A stretch of 64,000 bases of DNA from Hungatella sp. (GCA_022796015.1 JAAWHU010000007.1:5562-69561); one strand, 5' to 3'. Positions 1 to 8,693 are shown, counted from the first letter of the stretch. Numbers and translations are program-made. The notes: generated by a model not told the origin, from the sequence alone.

Positions 1-219
1 TTGTTCGGCATCTTCGTATTTATCTCCGAAGGATACCGGAAGAAGAAAGAGGTATGGTTCAGGTGATACCTTTTCGGCCGCTTTTTTGCAGTGGATGCAG
101 ACAGCCTTGCCGTGAGAGCGAAGAATCAGCTCCCGGATAAAAAACACCAGCCACACCAACACCACTGCCGCCAGAATCCCAAAAATGATCTGGGGCAGAT
201 AGTAAGTCAGGGCAGTCAT
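1..219 (-). CDS. Partial small membrane protein. This is the N-terminal 73 aa; the gene runs off the window edge. It has one TM helix and a CIHCKK cysteine motif.
   Basis: The ATG at 219..217 overlaps the TGA stop of the upstream gene (ATGA). The reading frame stays open to position 1. Translation: MTALTYYLPQIIFGILAAVVLVWLVFFIRELILRSHGKAVCIHCKK... The ORF track misses it because there is no stop within the window. Confidence 0.35.
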   Translation of the reverse strand, partial: MTALTYYLPQIIFGILAAVVLVWLVFFIRELILRSHGKAVCIHCKKAAEKVSPEPYLFLLPVSFGDKYEDAEQ

Positions 220-812
220 CTCCTGTTACCTGCCTGGGCCTGGCTCTTGGCCGCCATAAGAAGCTCCACAAAGGTATCTGCCTTGGATACAGCTTCGGCG
301 CCGATGCCGGACTTGGTGCTGACTACTTTATTGGTAAGCAGGGTGGGCATGGAGATCTTTTTGCCATCCAGATAGAAGACAAAACGGATTCCGGTCATGG
401 CCGATGCGATGGTCTGAGCACCGCCGATGCGGGCGGCGTTGAATACCTGAATCTTCAGAGGATTGTAAGCGGAGATAAAGCCAATCATGCCATTCTCCAC
501 ATCTATGTACAGAATACCGCCTCTTCCTTTAAAAGAACTGTTAAAGTTGTAGGGGAGATTTTTCACTTCTTTGGCAGTTTTTTTCACAAAAAACGAGGTA
601 AAGCTTCCATAACTGATCATCATAAGCAGGATGAACCATACCATGAACATAAATACAAGGCTGAGTGTCAGGAATATACTAAGTTCAAAGACCCCCTTGA
701 CGATGCATAGAATGAGGGCTGCGCCAAATGGCAGTCCAAAGCCAATGCCCAGAAGAAGCAGAAAAAAGAAACTTCCGAACCGTTCAAATTTTGCACTTTC
801 ATGTTCTTTCAT
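216..812 (-). CDS. Hypothetical membrane protein. It has an N-terminal hydrophobic segment followed by a soluble domain.
   Basis: 198-aa ORF with a hydrophobic N-terminus (FFFLLLLGIGFGLPFGAALILCIV). Its stop overlaps the start of the next gene. I do not recognise a family. Confidence 0.55.
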   Translation of the reverse strand: MKEHESAKFERFGSFFFLLLLGIGFGLPFGAALILCIVKGVFELSIFLTLSLVFMFMVWFILLMMISYGSFTSFFVKKTAKEVKNLPYNFNSSFKGRGGILYIDVENGMIGFISAYNPLKIQVFNAARIGGAQTIASAMTGIRFVFYLDGKKISMPTLLTNKVVSTKSGIGAEAVSKADTFVELLMAAKSQAQAGNRR

Positions 813-921
813 ACTCTTAAATTTACACCTTCCTTTACTTTAAAATAATTTTTTAGTATGCAGACGCATATGGCCTGATTATATCACTTTTAGGAAAAAG
901 TGACAAGTGACTTTTCTTTAC

Positions 922-950
922 TTGACAAAGATAAATAGAATCATTATAAT
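922..950 (+). promoter_or_regulatory. Sigma-A type promoter for the Fur-family regulator gene: TTGACA, 17-nt spacer, TATAAT.
   Basis: TTGACA at 922-927, an exact 17-nt spacer, TATAAT at 945-950, about 40 nt upstream of the ATG at 990. Confidence 0.55.
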
Positions 951-969
951 AAAATTAGAATCATTCTAA
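935..969 (+). promoter_or_regulatory. Two tandem Fur-family 7-1-7 operator boxes. They overlap the -10 and the +1 region of the regulator's own promoter.
   Basis: Box 1 is ATAGAATcATTATAA (935-949). Box 2 is TTAGAATcATTCTAA (955-969), a perfect palindrome. The box centres are 20 bp apart. Both resemble the PerR consensus TTATAATnATTATAA. Confidence 0.55.
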
Positions 970-989
970 AACAATAGAAAGGATACCAA

Positions 990-1364
990 ATGACAAAATA
1001 CGAAAAGGAAATCTACAACATTGTCAACAATTCTTACGGGCATTTGACTGTGGATCAGATTTTCGAGAGGCTGAAGGAAACGTATCCCGGCGTGGTTCTG
1101 GCAACCGTCTATAATAATCTCAACAAATTGTGGGAGGACCAGCTCATTCACAAAGTGTCCGTTGAGGGCATGCCGGATCGGTATGACCGGATGGAGAAGC
1201 ATGATCATCTTGTATGCCGGTTCTGCGGCAGTTTGACGGACATCCAGTTGGAGGATCTGACCCTTTCCCTGGAGAAACAGTTGGGAGAAGCATTTTTATC
1301 TTATGATTTAAAGGTTTTTTATATTTGTGCTCTTTGCAGGGAAAGATTAAAGAAAAAGAGGTAG
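990..1364 (+). CDS. perR: Fur-family metalloregulator, PerR-like peroxide-stress repressor.
   Basis: 124 aa with an N-terminal winged-helix region and the HDHLVCRFCG...CxxC metal-binding signature of Fur/PerR/Zur. It has its own boxes in its promoter. The neighbours are SDR, rubredoxin-type and flavin-reductase genes. Confidence 0.8.
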   Translation: MTKYEKEIYNIVNNSYGHLTVDQIFERLKETYPGVVLATVYNNLNKLWEDQLIHKVSVEGMPDRYDRMEKHDHLVCRFCGSLTDIQLEDLTLSLEKQLGEAFLSYDLKVFYICALCRERLKKKR

Positions 1365-1367
1365 GTG

Positions 1368-1570
1368 ATTGCGAAGGTCAAAGCCAGGAGAATATTCTGA
1401 CCATATATAACATCCAAAGCCTGCTGCACCAGGCATTCCAATGAGCCCAGGAAAGAAGAACCCAGTCGGGATTAGGCCCTCCTGTGTTCTGTGGTCTCAT
1501 TTCCATGGTGCAGATGTCTTTTCCTGTCCTATATGGTCAGAATATTCAGCCAAGTTTCGAGTTTCGCAAT
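1368..1570. repeat. Long nested inverted-repeat element of about 200 nt in the perR-SDR intergenic region. It could be a structured RNA leader or a MITE-like palindromic element.
   Basis: Outer arms: ATTGCGAAGGTCAAAGCCAGGAGAATATTCTGACCATATA (1368-1407) versus TATATGGTCAGAATATTCAGCCAAGTTTCGAGTTTCGCAAT (1530-1570). Inner inverted repeat: CTGCACCAGG (1423-1432) versus CCATGGTGCAG (1504-1514). The inverted copy at 60691-60751 shares GAATATTC...TTCGAGTTTCGCAATT. Confidence 0.5.
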
Positions 1571-1598
1571 TACCTGGAAAAGACGAGACGAGAGGAGA

Positions 1599-2342
1599 AT
1601 GTATATGCTAAAAAACAAGACGGCAATCGTAACTGGCGGGACAAGAGGGATTGGGTTTGCGATTGTCAGGAAGTATCTGGAGAATGGGGCCAATGTGGCT
1701 GTGGCTGGTTCCAGGCAGGAATCTGTGGAGAAGGCCCTGGCGCAGCTTAAGGATTATGAGGGGAATGTTATGGGAATCTGGCCTGACCTGTGTGACCAGG
1801 AGGCAGTGAAGGAGGCCTTTCTGTCTGTAAAGGAACGGTTTGGAAGTGTGGACATACTGGCCAACAATGCGGGAATCTCTTCGCGGACCAGCCTCTATGA
1901 CTATACGGTGGAAGAATTTACCAAGATTATGGACATTAATCTGAAGGCAGTATTTGTCTGTTCCCAGGCAGCAGCCAGGATTATGAAGGAAGAGGGAGGC
2001 GGGGCCATCATCAACACCAGTTCCATGGTGGGAGAATACGGGCAGCCCTCGGGCTGCGGCTATCCGGCCACCAAGTTTGCTGTAAATGGCCTTACCAAGT
2101 CTCTGGCGAGAGAGCTTGCCAGGGATCAGATCCGCGTCAATGCAGTGGCGCCCGGTGTCACAAAGACGGATATGGTTGCCGCCCTGCCCCAGGAGATGGT
2201 GGAACGAATCTCTGCGGGAATTCCTTTGGGGCGCGTAGGCGAGCCTGTGGATATTGCCAATGCGTATCTGTATCTTGCCAGTGATCTTGCCAGCTATGTT
2301 ACCGGGATTGTTCTGCGCGTAGACGGCGCTGCCATGAATTAA
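1599..2342 (+). CDS. Short-chain dehydrogenase/reductase (SDR family, 3-oxoacyl-ACP reductase-like).
   Basis: TGGTRGIGFAIV glycine-rich NAD(P)-binding motif, NNAG, and the S...Y...K catalytic residues. The ribosome-binding site GAGAGGAGA precedes the ATG at 1599. The track's upstream extension from 1491 lacks an RBS. Confidence 0.85.
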   Translation: MYMLKNKTAIVTGGTRGIGFAIVRKYLENGANVAVAGSRQESVEKALAQLKDYEGNVMGIWPDLCDQEAVKEAFLSVKERFGSVDILANNAGISSRTSLYDYTVEEFTKIMDINLKAVFVCSQAAARIMKEEGGGAIINTSSMVGEYGQPSGCGYPATKFAVNGLTKSLARELARDQIRVNAVAPGVTKTDMVAALPQEMVERISAGIPLGRVGEPVDIANAYLYLASDLASYVTGIVLRVDGAAMN

Positions 2343-2359
2343 GGGAGGAGGGCTGCACA

Positions 2360-2977
2360 ATGAATAAGAAAGCCATGTACCATTTAACTTACGGATTATT
2401 TGTTCTTACGTCCTGCTGCGATGGAAAAGACAGCGGGTGCATTATCAATACGGCGGGACAGGTTACCTCTGAGCCCAACCGAATCAGCATTGCAGTAAAT
2501 AAGGCAAATTTTACCCATGATTTAATTAAGAAGAGCAGAGTCTTCAATATCTCTGTCCTAAGCAGGGATGCGGTCTTTGACACATTCCGCCGGTTCGGGT
2601 TCCGGTCCGGGCGCACGGCAGACAAATTTGCCGATTATGCCTACGTAAAGCGCAGCCATAACGGACTTTACTATGTGACCGAGGGAACCAATGCTTATAT
2701 CAGCGCAGAGGTGGAGCAGGAGATTGACTTGGGAAGCCATACTCTTTTCATCGCGGCAGTAAAAGATATGGATGTGCTGTCCCATACGCCTTCAGCCGAC
2801 TATGGGTATTATCAGTCCCATATTAAGCCGAAGCCCCAAGAACCAAAGGAAACAGGAAAGACCATATGGCGCTGTAAGGTCTGCGGATATACTTATGAGG
2901 GAGAAGAACTCCCAGCTGATTATATCTGCCCGCTGTGCAAGCATCCGGCTTCGGATTTTGAGAAAGTAGTGCTGTGA
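2360..2977 (+). CDS. Flavin reductase-like domain fused to a C-terminal rubredoxin domain (high-molecular-weight rubredoxin, Hrb-like).
   Basis: The N-terminal 160 aa resemble the flavin reductase / NADH:FMN oxidoreductase fold. The C-terminus has WRCKVCGYTYEGE...YICPLCKHP, i.e. the rubredoxin CxxCG...CPxC pair. RBS is GGGAGGAGGG. Confidence 0.8.
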   Translation: MNKKAMYHLTYGLFVLTSCCDGKDSGCIINTAGQVTSEPNRISIAVNKANFTHDLIKKSRVFNISVLSRDAVFDTFRRFGFRSGRTADKFADYAYVKRSHNGLYYVTEGTNAYISAEVEQEIDLGSHTLFIAAVKDMDVLSHTPSADYGYYQSHIKPKPQEPKETGKTIWRCKVCGYTYEGEELPADYICPLCKHPASDFEKVVL

Positions 2978-3026
2978 CAGGGCAAGGGCGGTTAGAATTA
3001 AAAGAAGTTGGAGATGAGATGATACC

Positions 3027-4769
3027 ATGAAGCTGGAGTGTACAGGCTGCGGCGGAGTGCTGAAGCTGATGGACAGGACTCATGCCGTGTGTCCTTATTG
3101 CGGACGGAAATATCTGATTGACGAGGCGAAAGGGACCCTCATTCATATTCAGGTGGATTACAGCGGCAATGAGGAACTGAGAAAGAAGGTAAATCGAACC
3201 AAAAACGTGCTTATTGGATTTCTGTCTATTGCATCGGTTGTGGTTCTGATTCTATTTGGGTTTAATATTGCGGCCAGAAAATCGGTGTTTTCCACCTCCG
3301 ATGAGGATCTGCCGGCGGATGCCAACGGAGAGCTTTTTGTGATTTTCTGCAAGGATATTTTCGGGAAAGCTTATGACCAGATTACAGCGGAAGAGCTGGA
3401 GAGCATCCGGTATCTGCGCTGTTCCTATGAGCGGGAGGGGAACACGGATTTTAATGTGATCTCTTACAGCTTTACAGATTATGAGGACTGTGAGAATGAG
3501 AGAGAATTTCAGAGGACGGTAAAGAAGTGGACCTACCGCACCAGGATGGTCAGCTGGCCTTCGGATTATTCCATGTTTACGGGGCTTACCCGCGTCGATA
3601 CCACAGGCTCGGCATGGCTTTCCATGCTTCATTTTTCGCCGGACAATCAGATCAGCTGCGTGGATACAGAGGATGGCTTGGATATGGTGGCCCAGGTGCT
3701 GAATCCGGAGAAGATTAAGATTCTGCATATCGGGGTCATGGGTATCTCCCTGGAGGGTGTGGAACAGTTTACCAGCCTTGAGGAGCTGGAGGTGGAGACC
3801 ACCCTTGCCAGTCAGGTTGTGGATGTAAGTGGTATTGAGGCGTGCCGGAAGCTGAAACGCCTGCGCTTAAGCTGCGGGGAAGGTTATAAGGGCCTTGATA
3901 AGCTAAAGGAGCTGCCGGGCCTGGTTTCTCTGTATATAGATCATATCCCTCTGGGGGAATGTGTTTTTTTGAAGGAATTGGCCGGACTTGAGGAGCTTTC
4001 CATCTGTGCAGGGGAGGAGCCGGATCTGTCACCCTTAAATTCTCTGACAGGCTTGAAACGGGTGTATTTTATTGACCAGAAATATATTCCGCTGGAGCAG
4101 ATTCGGATTTTGCAGGATATGCCGGGCCTGGAGGAGCTCATGATTGCCGTGGACGACCAGGCATGTCTGGAGGAGCTTGCAAAGCTTAAAAGCCTGAAGG
4201 CCCTGGATCTGCACATGGCGATTTTTAAGTATCAGGTGCCCACAGACGTGTCGGTTCTTGCCGGCCTGGCCAATGCAGAGCGGATTCAGCTGGATAATTT
4301 CTATGGACAGGAGATTACGGGCGTGGAGCCGATCCTGAATCTGCCGGGCCTTAAGACCTTCCGCCTGGGACGAATTGCGTCCTCACCCGTAAAGCTTCTG
4401 CTGGATCCGGAGGCTTTGTCCGATAATCCTTCCATTGAGGAATTAGGGTTTACGGCCTGCCATCCGGAGACGAAGGATGGGGGAGAGGAATTAGAATTTG
4501 AGTTCTTGGAGCATTATCCGGGGGTAAAATGGCTGTATCTGGACGACTGCGGAGTGAAGGATGTTTCCTTTGTTAAGAAGATGGAGGATCTGAGGGGATG
4601 CAGCTTAAAGCGGAATCGGATTGAGGATTTAAGCCCTGTTCTGGAGTGCAGGAGGCTGGAAGCCGTGTGTGCAGATGAAGATGCAGCCAGGGGCGTGGAG
4701 TTCCCCCCTGAGGTGCAGGTATATACGAAGGTTTATGAGGAAATTTATAAATACAGCATTTTCCAGTGA
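3027..4769 (+). CDS. Membrane-anchored leucine-rich-repeat protein with an N-terminal zinc ribbon, one TM helix and a roughly 500-aa LRR domain.
   Basis: N-terminal CTGCGG...CPYCG zinc ribbon. The TM helix is VLIGFLSIASVVVLILFGF. It is followed by repeated LxxLxxLxLxx motifs (LEELEV, LKRLRL, LVSLYI, LEELSI, LKRVYF, LEELMI, LKALDL...). Confidence 0.7.
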   Translation: MKLECTGCGGVLKLMDRTHAVCPYCGRKYLIDEAKGTLIHIQVDYSGNEELRKKVNRTKNVLIGFLSIASVVVLILFGFNIAARKSVFSTSDEDLPADANGELFVIFCKDIFGKAYDQITAEELESIRYLRCSYEREGNTDFNVISYSFTDYEDCENEREFQRTVKKWTYRTRMVSWPSDYSMFTGLTRVDTTGSAWLSMLHFSPDNQISCVDTEDGLDMVAQVLNPEKIKILHIGVMGISLEGVEQFTSLEELEVETTLASQVVDVSGIEACRKLKRLRLSCGEGYKGLDKLKELPGLVSLYIDHIPLGECVFLKELAGLEELSICAGEEPDLSPLNSLTGLKRVYFIDQKYIPLEQIRILQDMPGLEELMIAVDDQACLEELAKLKSLKALDLHMAIFKYQVPTDVSVLAGLANAERIQLDNFYGQEITGVEPILNLPGLKTFRLGRIASSPVKLLLDPEALSDNPSIEELGFTACHPETKDGGEELEFEFLEHYPGVKWLYLDDCGVKDVSFVKKMEDLRGCSLKRNRIEDLSPVLECRRLEAVCADEDAARGVEFPPEVQVYTKVYEEIYKYSIFQ

Positions 4770-4846
4770 TACCCTTCCGCGTTTTTTATTGCTAATGTTG
4801 GACTGAAAATCAAGGTTCTTAGGGATTGCCTGGGAATCTTGATTTT

Positions 4847-4873
4847 TTAGCACTCATCTATTGACAGTGCTAA
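4847..4873 (+). promoter_or_regulatory. CIRCE element (HrcA operator) upstream of clpB.
   Basis: TTAGCACTC-atctattga-CAGTGCTAA matches the CIRCE consensus TTAGCACTC-N9-GAGTGCTAA at 17 of 18 positions. It overlaps the -35 of the clpB promoter. Confidence 0.6.
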
Positions 4874-4889
4874 CAATATGTGTTATAGT
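4861..4889 (+). promoter_or_regulatory. Sigma-A type promoter for clpB: TTGACA, 17-nt spacer, TATAGT.
   Basis: TTGACA at 4861-4866, a 17-nt spacer, TATAGT at 4884-4889. It lies about 70 nt upstream of the clpB ATG. Confidence 0.5.
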
Positions 4890-4961
4890 TCACCTAGAAC
4901 AAATAAAACAATTACATTCGGCAGTAAGGGTCGTTACTTTGTGAAATAAGGAGGAGTGACT

Positions 4962-7568
4962 ATGAATATCAATAAATTTACTCAAAAATCTATGGAGGCA
5001 GTGCAGAACTGCGAGAAACTTGCCTACGAACACGGCAACCAGCAGCTGGAGCAGGAGCATCTGCTTTACAGCCTTTTAACCTTGGATGACAGCCTGATCT
5101 TAAAGCTGATTACCAAGATGAACATTTCTCCGGAGGTGTTTGTGAAAGAGGCGGAACAGGCAGTGAACCGCCTGACTAAGGTTAGCGGAAGCGGACAGCT
5201 CTACGTCAGCAGCGATTTGAATAAGGTACTGATCAGTGCCGAAGATGAAGCAAAGGCCATGGGTGATGAGTATGTGTCTGTGGAGCATCTTTTCTTATCC
5301 CTTATAAAGCGGCCGGATAAGACCATGAAGGAGCTGTTTGGCCAGTACGGTATCAACAGGGAGACATTCCTTCAGGCCCTGACAACCGTGAGAGGCAATC
5401 AGAGAGTGGTAAGCGACAACCCGGAAGCCACCTATGACACTCTGGAGAAATACGGCTATGATCTGGTGGAACGCGCCAGAAATCAGAAGCTGGATCCGGT
5501 AATCGGCAGGGATGGGGAGATCCGTAATGTAGTCCGGATATTGTCCAGAAAGACCAAGAACAACCCGGTGCTCATCGGGGAACCCGGCGTAGGCAAGACT
5601 GCCGTGGTGGAGGGGCTTGCCCAGAGAATTGTCAGGGGAGACGTGCCAGAGGGGTTAAAGGATAAGAAGCTTTTTGCCCTTGATATGGGGGCCTTGGTGG
5701 CAGGCGCCAAGTACCGGGGGGAATTTGAGGAGCGTCTCAAGGCCGTGCTGGAGGAAGTGAAGAAAAGCGATGGCCAGATTATTCTTTTCATCGATGAGCT
5801 GCACACCATTGTAGGAGCGGGAAAAACCGAGGGCTCCATGGATGCGGGCAACATGTTAAAACCCATGCTTGCCAGAGGAGAGCTGCACTGCATCGGAGCC
5901 ACGACCCTGGATGAGTACAGAAAGTATATTGAGAAGGATGCAGCCTTAGAGCGGCGTTTCCAGCCGGTTATGGTAGCGGAGCCTACGGTGGAGGACACTA
6001 TCTCCATCCTCCGCGGCCTTAAGGAGCGCTACGAGGTATTCCACGGAGTGAAGATTACAGACTCCGCCCTTGTGTCGGCCGCTCTCTTGTCAGACCGATA
6101 TATTTCTGACCGGTTCCTGCCGGATAAGGCCATTGACTTAGTGGACGAGGCCTGCGCCATGATTAAGACAGAGCTGGACTCCATGCCGGCTGAGCTGGAT
6201 GAGCTTTCCAGGAGAATCATGCAGATGGAGATTGAGGAGGCGGCTCTTAAGAAGGAGACTGACCGTTTGAGCCAGGACCGTCTGGCGGACCTCCAGAAGG
6301 AGCTGGCAGACCTTCATGAGGAATTTGCAGGTAAGAAGGCCCAGTGGGAGAACGAGAAGACATCTGTGGAAAGGCTCTCTTCTTTAAGAGAGGAGATTGA
6401 GGCTACCAACCGGGAGATCGCCCAGGCCCAGCAGGAGTATGACTTAAATAAAGCGGCCCAGCTCCAGTACGGGAAGCTGCCGGAGCTTCAGAAGCAGCTG
6501 GCTGATGAAGAGGAGAAGGTGAAGAACCAGGATTTAAGTCTGGTACATGAGAGCGTCACTGATGACGAGATCGCAAGAATCATCTCCCGATGGACGGGGA
6601 TTCCCGTGGCCAAGCTGACGGAGAGCGAGAGAAGCAAGACCCTTCACTTAGATGAAGTACTGCACCGGCGGGTGGTGGGGCAGGACGAGGGCGTGGAGAA
6701 GGTTACGGAGGCCATTATCCGTTCCAAGGCCGGGATCAAGGACCCCACAAAGCCCATTGGTTCCTTCCTGTTCCTAGGGCCCACAGGCGTAGGTAAGACG
6801 GAGCTTGCCAAGGCCCTGGCGGAAAGCCTTTTTGACGATGAGGCCAATATGGTCCGCATCGACATGAGCGAGTATATGGAGAAGCATTCCGTGGCCCGTC
6901 TCATCGGAGCGCCTCCAGGATATGTGGGCTATGACGAGGGAGGCCAGCTGACGGAGGCTGTCAGAAGAAAGCCTTACTGCGTTGTACTCTTCGACGAGGT
7001 GGAGAAGGCCCATCCTGATGTGTTCAACGTACTTTTACAGGTGCTGGACGATGGCCGGATCACGGATTCCACCGGGAAGACCGTGGATTTTAAGAATACC
7101 ATTATCATTATGACCTCCAACATCGGCTCCCAGTATCTGCTGGAGGGCATTGACCAGTCAGGAAATATTACCAAGGCGGCGGAGGATATGGCCATGGGGG
7201 ATCTGCGCGCCCACTTCAGGCCCGAATTTCTCAACCGTCTGGATGAGATTATCCTGTTTAAGCCTTTGACGAAGGAGCATATCGGCAGCATTGTGAGCCT
7301 GATGCTGGAGGATACCAATAAGCGCCTTATGGACCGGGAGATCAAGGTGGATTTAACCGGCCGGGCCCAGTCCTTTGTTGTGGAGCATGGATATGATCCG
7401 GTTTACGGAGCAAGGCCTCTGAAGCGTTATCTCCAGAAATACGTGGAGACTCTGGCTGCCAGGATCATTCTGGGCGACCAAGTGGGGGCCGGGGACACCA
7501 TTGTCATCGACACCTCCCAGGACAGCCAAAGCCTGACGGCCTATGTGAATGCGTCTAAATTGGTGTAG
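4962..7568 (+). CDS. clpB: ATP-dependent chaperone ClpB (Hsp100 disaggregase).
   Basis: Clp N-domain, two AAA+ modules (GEPGVGKT and GPTGVGKT Walker A motifs), a long coiled-coil middle domain and a ClpB C-terminal domain. The ATG at 4962 has an AAGGAGG RBS. The track's GTG at 4956 was rejected. Confidence 0.95.
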   Translation: MNINKFTQKSMEAVQNCEKLAYEHGNQQLEQEHLLYSLLTLDDSLILKLITKMNISPEVFVKEAEQAVNRLTKVSGSGQLYVSSDLNKVLISAEDEAKAMGDEYVSVEHLFLSLIKRPDKTMKELFGQYGINRETFLQALTTVRGNQRVVSDNPEATYDTLEKYGYDLVERARNQKLDPVIGRDGEIRNVVRILSRKTKNNPVLIGEPGVGKTAVVEGLAQRIVRGDVPEGLKDKKLFALDMGALVAGAKYRGEFEERLKAVLEEVKKSDGQIILFIDELHTIVGAGKTEGSMDAGNMLKPMLARGELHCIGATTLDEYRKYIEKDAALERRFQPVMVAEPTVEDTISILRGLKERYEVFHGVKITDSALVSAALLSDRYISDRFLPDKAIDLVDEACAMIKTELDSMPAELDELSRRIMQMEIEEAALKKETDRLSQDRLADLQKELADLHEEFAGKKAQWENEKTSVERLSSLREEIEATNREIAQAQQEYDLNKAAQLQYGKLPELQKQLADEEEKVKNQDLSLVHESVTDDEIARIISRWTGIPVAKLTESERSKTLHLDEVLHRRVVGQDEGVEKVTEAIIRSKAGIKDPTKPIGSFLFLGPTGVGKTELAKALAESLFDDEANMVRIDMSEYMEKHSVARLIGAPPGYVGYDEGGQLTEAVRRKPYCVVLFDEVEKAHPDVFNVLLQVLDDGRITDSTGKTVDFKNTIIIMTSNIGSQYLLEGIDQSGNITKAAEDMAMGDLRAHFRPEFLNRLDEIILFKPLTKEHIGSIVSLMLEDTNKRLMDREIKVDLTGRAQSFVVEHGYDPVYGARPLKRYLQKYVETLAARIILGDQVGAGDTIVIDTSQDSQSLTAYVNASKLV

Positions 7569-8519
7569 CTAGTAATCAAGCCTGAAGAAGGAACCCTCCT
7601 GTGCGTGCTTCTTCACCAACTGAATAAAATACTGCATCGCTTCTGTAAGGGCGGCGTCTTTCCGATGGATGACACAGAGAGTGGCCTTAGAGTCCTCTCG
7701 ATCCAGGCGGAAAAACGCCCCCTTTTTGCGGGAAAAGGCCACATAATCCTGAATCAGGCCAAAACCCAGGCCTGCCTGGATCAGGTCAAATAAGGCTGCC
7801 TCCTCCGACAAAAGTATAGTATACTTTGGATGGAAGTTGTAGGGGGCGTAGATGGAATTTTCCCAGTTTTTGTGACGGTCAGATGAGGCGGTCTGAATAA
7901 AGGTTTCATTCTGAAAATCCTGCAGGTTTACCGGGGGGCGCAGCCTCCAGTCAGGCTGGGTCTCTGCTGCCTTGGCGGCCGGATGATTGGGCGGGGCGGC
8001 CAGGAGGCATTCATAATCAAACAGCGGTTCATAAACCAGATTCTGAATGACTTCCGAGGGAACATCGGCTTTGTTCATGACAAATGCCAGATCCAGATGA
8101 CCGGAGACCACCATGCTCTCAAAGCCATCTAAGGAGTTGGTGTTGATGGTAAGCTGGATATTGGGATAGGCCTTCTGAAAGCTTGGCAGGACAATGGACA
8201 GAAACATAGGAGCCCGTCCGCTGGAGATTCCTATGGACATTCTTCCGGATTTGGACTGTCTGGCATCATCCAGGGCATTTAAGAGGGTATTTTCCAGCAG
8301 CTTTTGTTTTTGAAAGGTTTCCAGAATCAGTTCACCTGTAAAGGTGGGTACCAGTTTTCCTCCTTTGTATTCAAAGATTTTCGTGTTGTAGGTCTTTTCC
8401 AAGGAGTTAATCAGCTGGCTTAAGGCCGGCTGGGAGACATACAGCTCTTTGGCGGCATTAGAGATGGATTGTAATTCGGCAATTTTCAGTAAATAGCTCA
8501 TTTTCCGTTCACTTATCAT
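7569..8519 (-). CDS. LysR-family transcriptional regulator.
   Basis: N-terminal HTH (LLKIAELQSISNAAKELYVSQPALSQLINSLE) followed by a substrate-binding domain. RBS is GGGGAGGT. It abuts the clpB stop with zero intergenic bases. Confidence 0.85.
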   Translation of the reverse strand: MISERKMSYLLKIAELQSISNAAKELYVSQPALSQLINSLEKTYNTKIFEYKGGKLVPTFTGELILETFQKQKLLENTLLNALDDARQSKSGRMSIGISSGRAPMFLSIVLPSFQKAYPNIQLTINTNSLDGFESMVVSGHLDLAFVMNKADVPSEVIQNLVYEPLFDYECLLAAPPNHPAAKAAETQPDWRLRPPVNLQDFQNETFIQTASSDRHKNWENSIYAPYNFHPKYTILLSEEAALFDLIQAGLGFGLIQDYVAFSRKKGAFFRLDREDSKATLCVIHRKDAALTEAMQYFIQLVKKHAQEGSFFRLDY

Positions 8520-8693
8520 AAGAAACCTCCCCGTTTATCTAATGGTATCATGAATATAACATATTCCTTTAAAAAAAGAAACAGCTCTTTATTTGAAACT
8601 GCTTAAGAACCTATAAGTGAATACTTATTTGACAGCCTGCCGGGGGACGCCATTATAATAGAGATATCCAGAAAGGTGAAAAAAGGTGTTAAA

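Noticed and set aside
897-912. Direct repeat AGTGACA AGTGACT just upstream of the perR -35.
   Set aside because: Two 6-mers are too short to be distinguished from chance, and they match no operator I know. I mention it here rather than as a feature.
1441-1610. 56-codon Cys/His-rich ORF (MSPGKKNPVGIRPSCVLWSHFHGADVFSCPIWSEYSAKFRVSQLPGKDETRGECIC) inside the inverted-repeat element. It ends on the SDR start.
   Set aside because: It has no recognisable RBS and lies entirely within a strongly palindromic region, where open frames arise easily. I kept it as a remark under the inverted-repeat finding rather than as a gene.
1608-2360. 250-aa ORF antisense to the SDR gene.
   Set aside because: It is fully embedded in the opposite strand of a gene with unambiguous SDR motifs. 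It has no RBS and a low-complexity Pro/Gly/Arg-rich translation, which is typical of mirror ORFs in GC-biased coding DNA.
5483-7345. Several 80-174 aa ORFs antisense to clpB (5483-6007, 6644-6904, 6774-7013 and 6974-7345).
   Set aside because: All lie inside clpB on the opposite strand. Their translations are Ser/Ala/Arg-rich and low in complexity. None has an RBS. clpB homology is overwhelming.
7540-7640. Hairpin GAAGAAGGAACCCTCCTGTGCGTGCTTCTTC just after the clpB stop.
   Set aside because: It lies inside the 3' coding end of the convergent LysR gene, and clpB and lysR abut with zero spacing. It may still help 3'-end formation, but I cannot separate that from the coding constraint.
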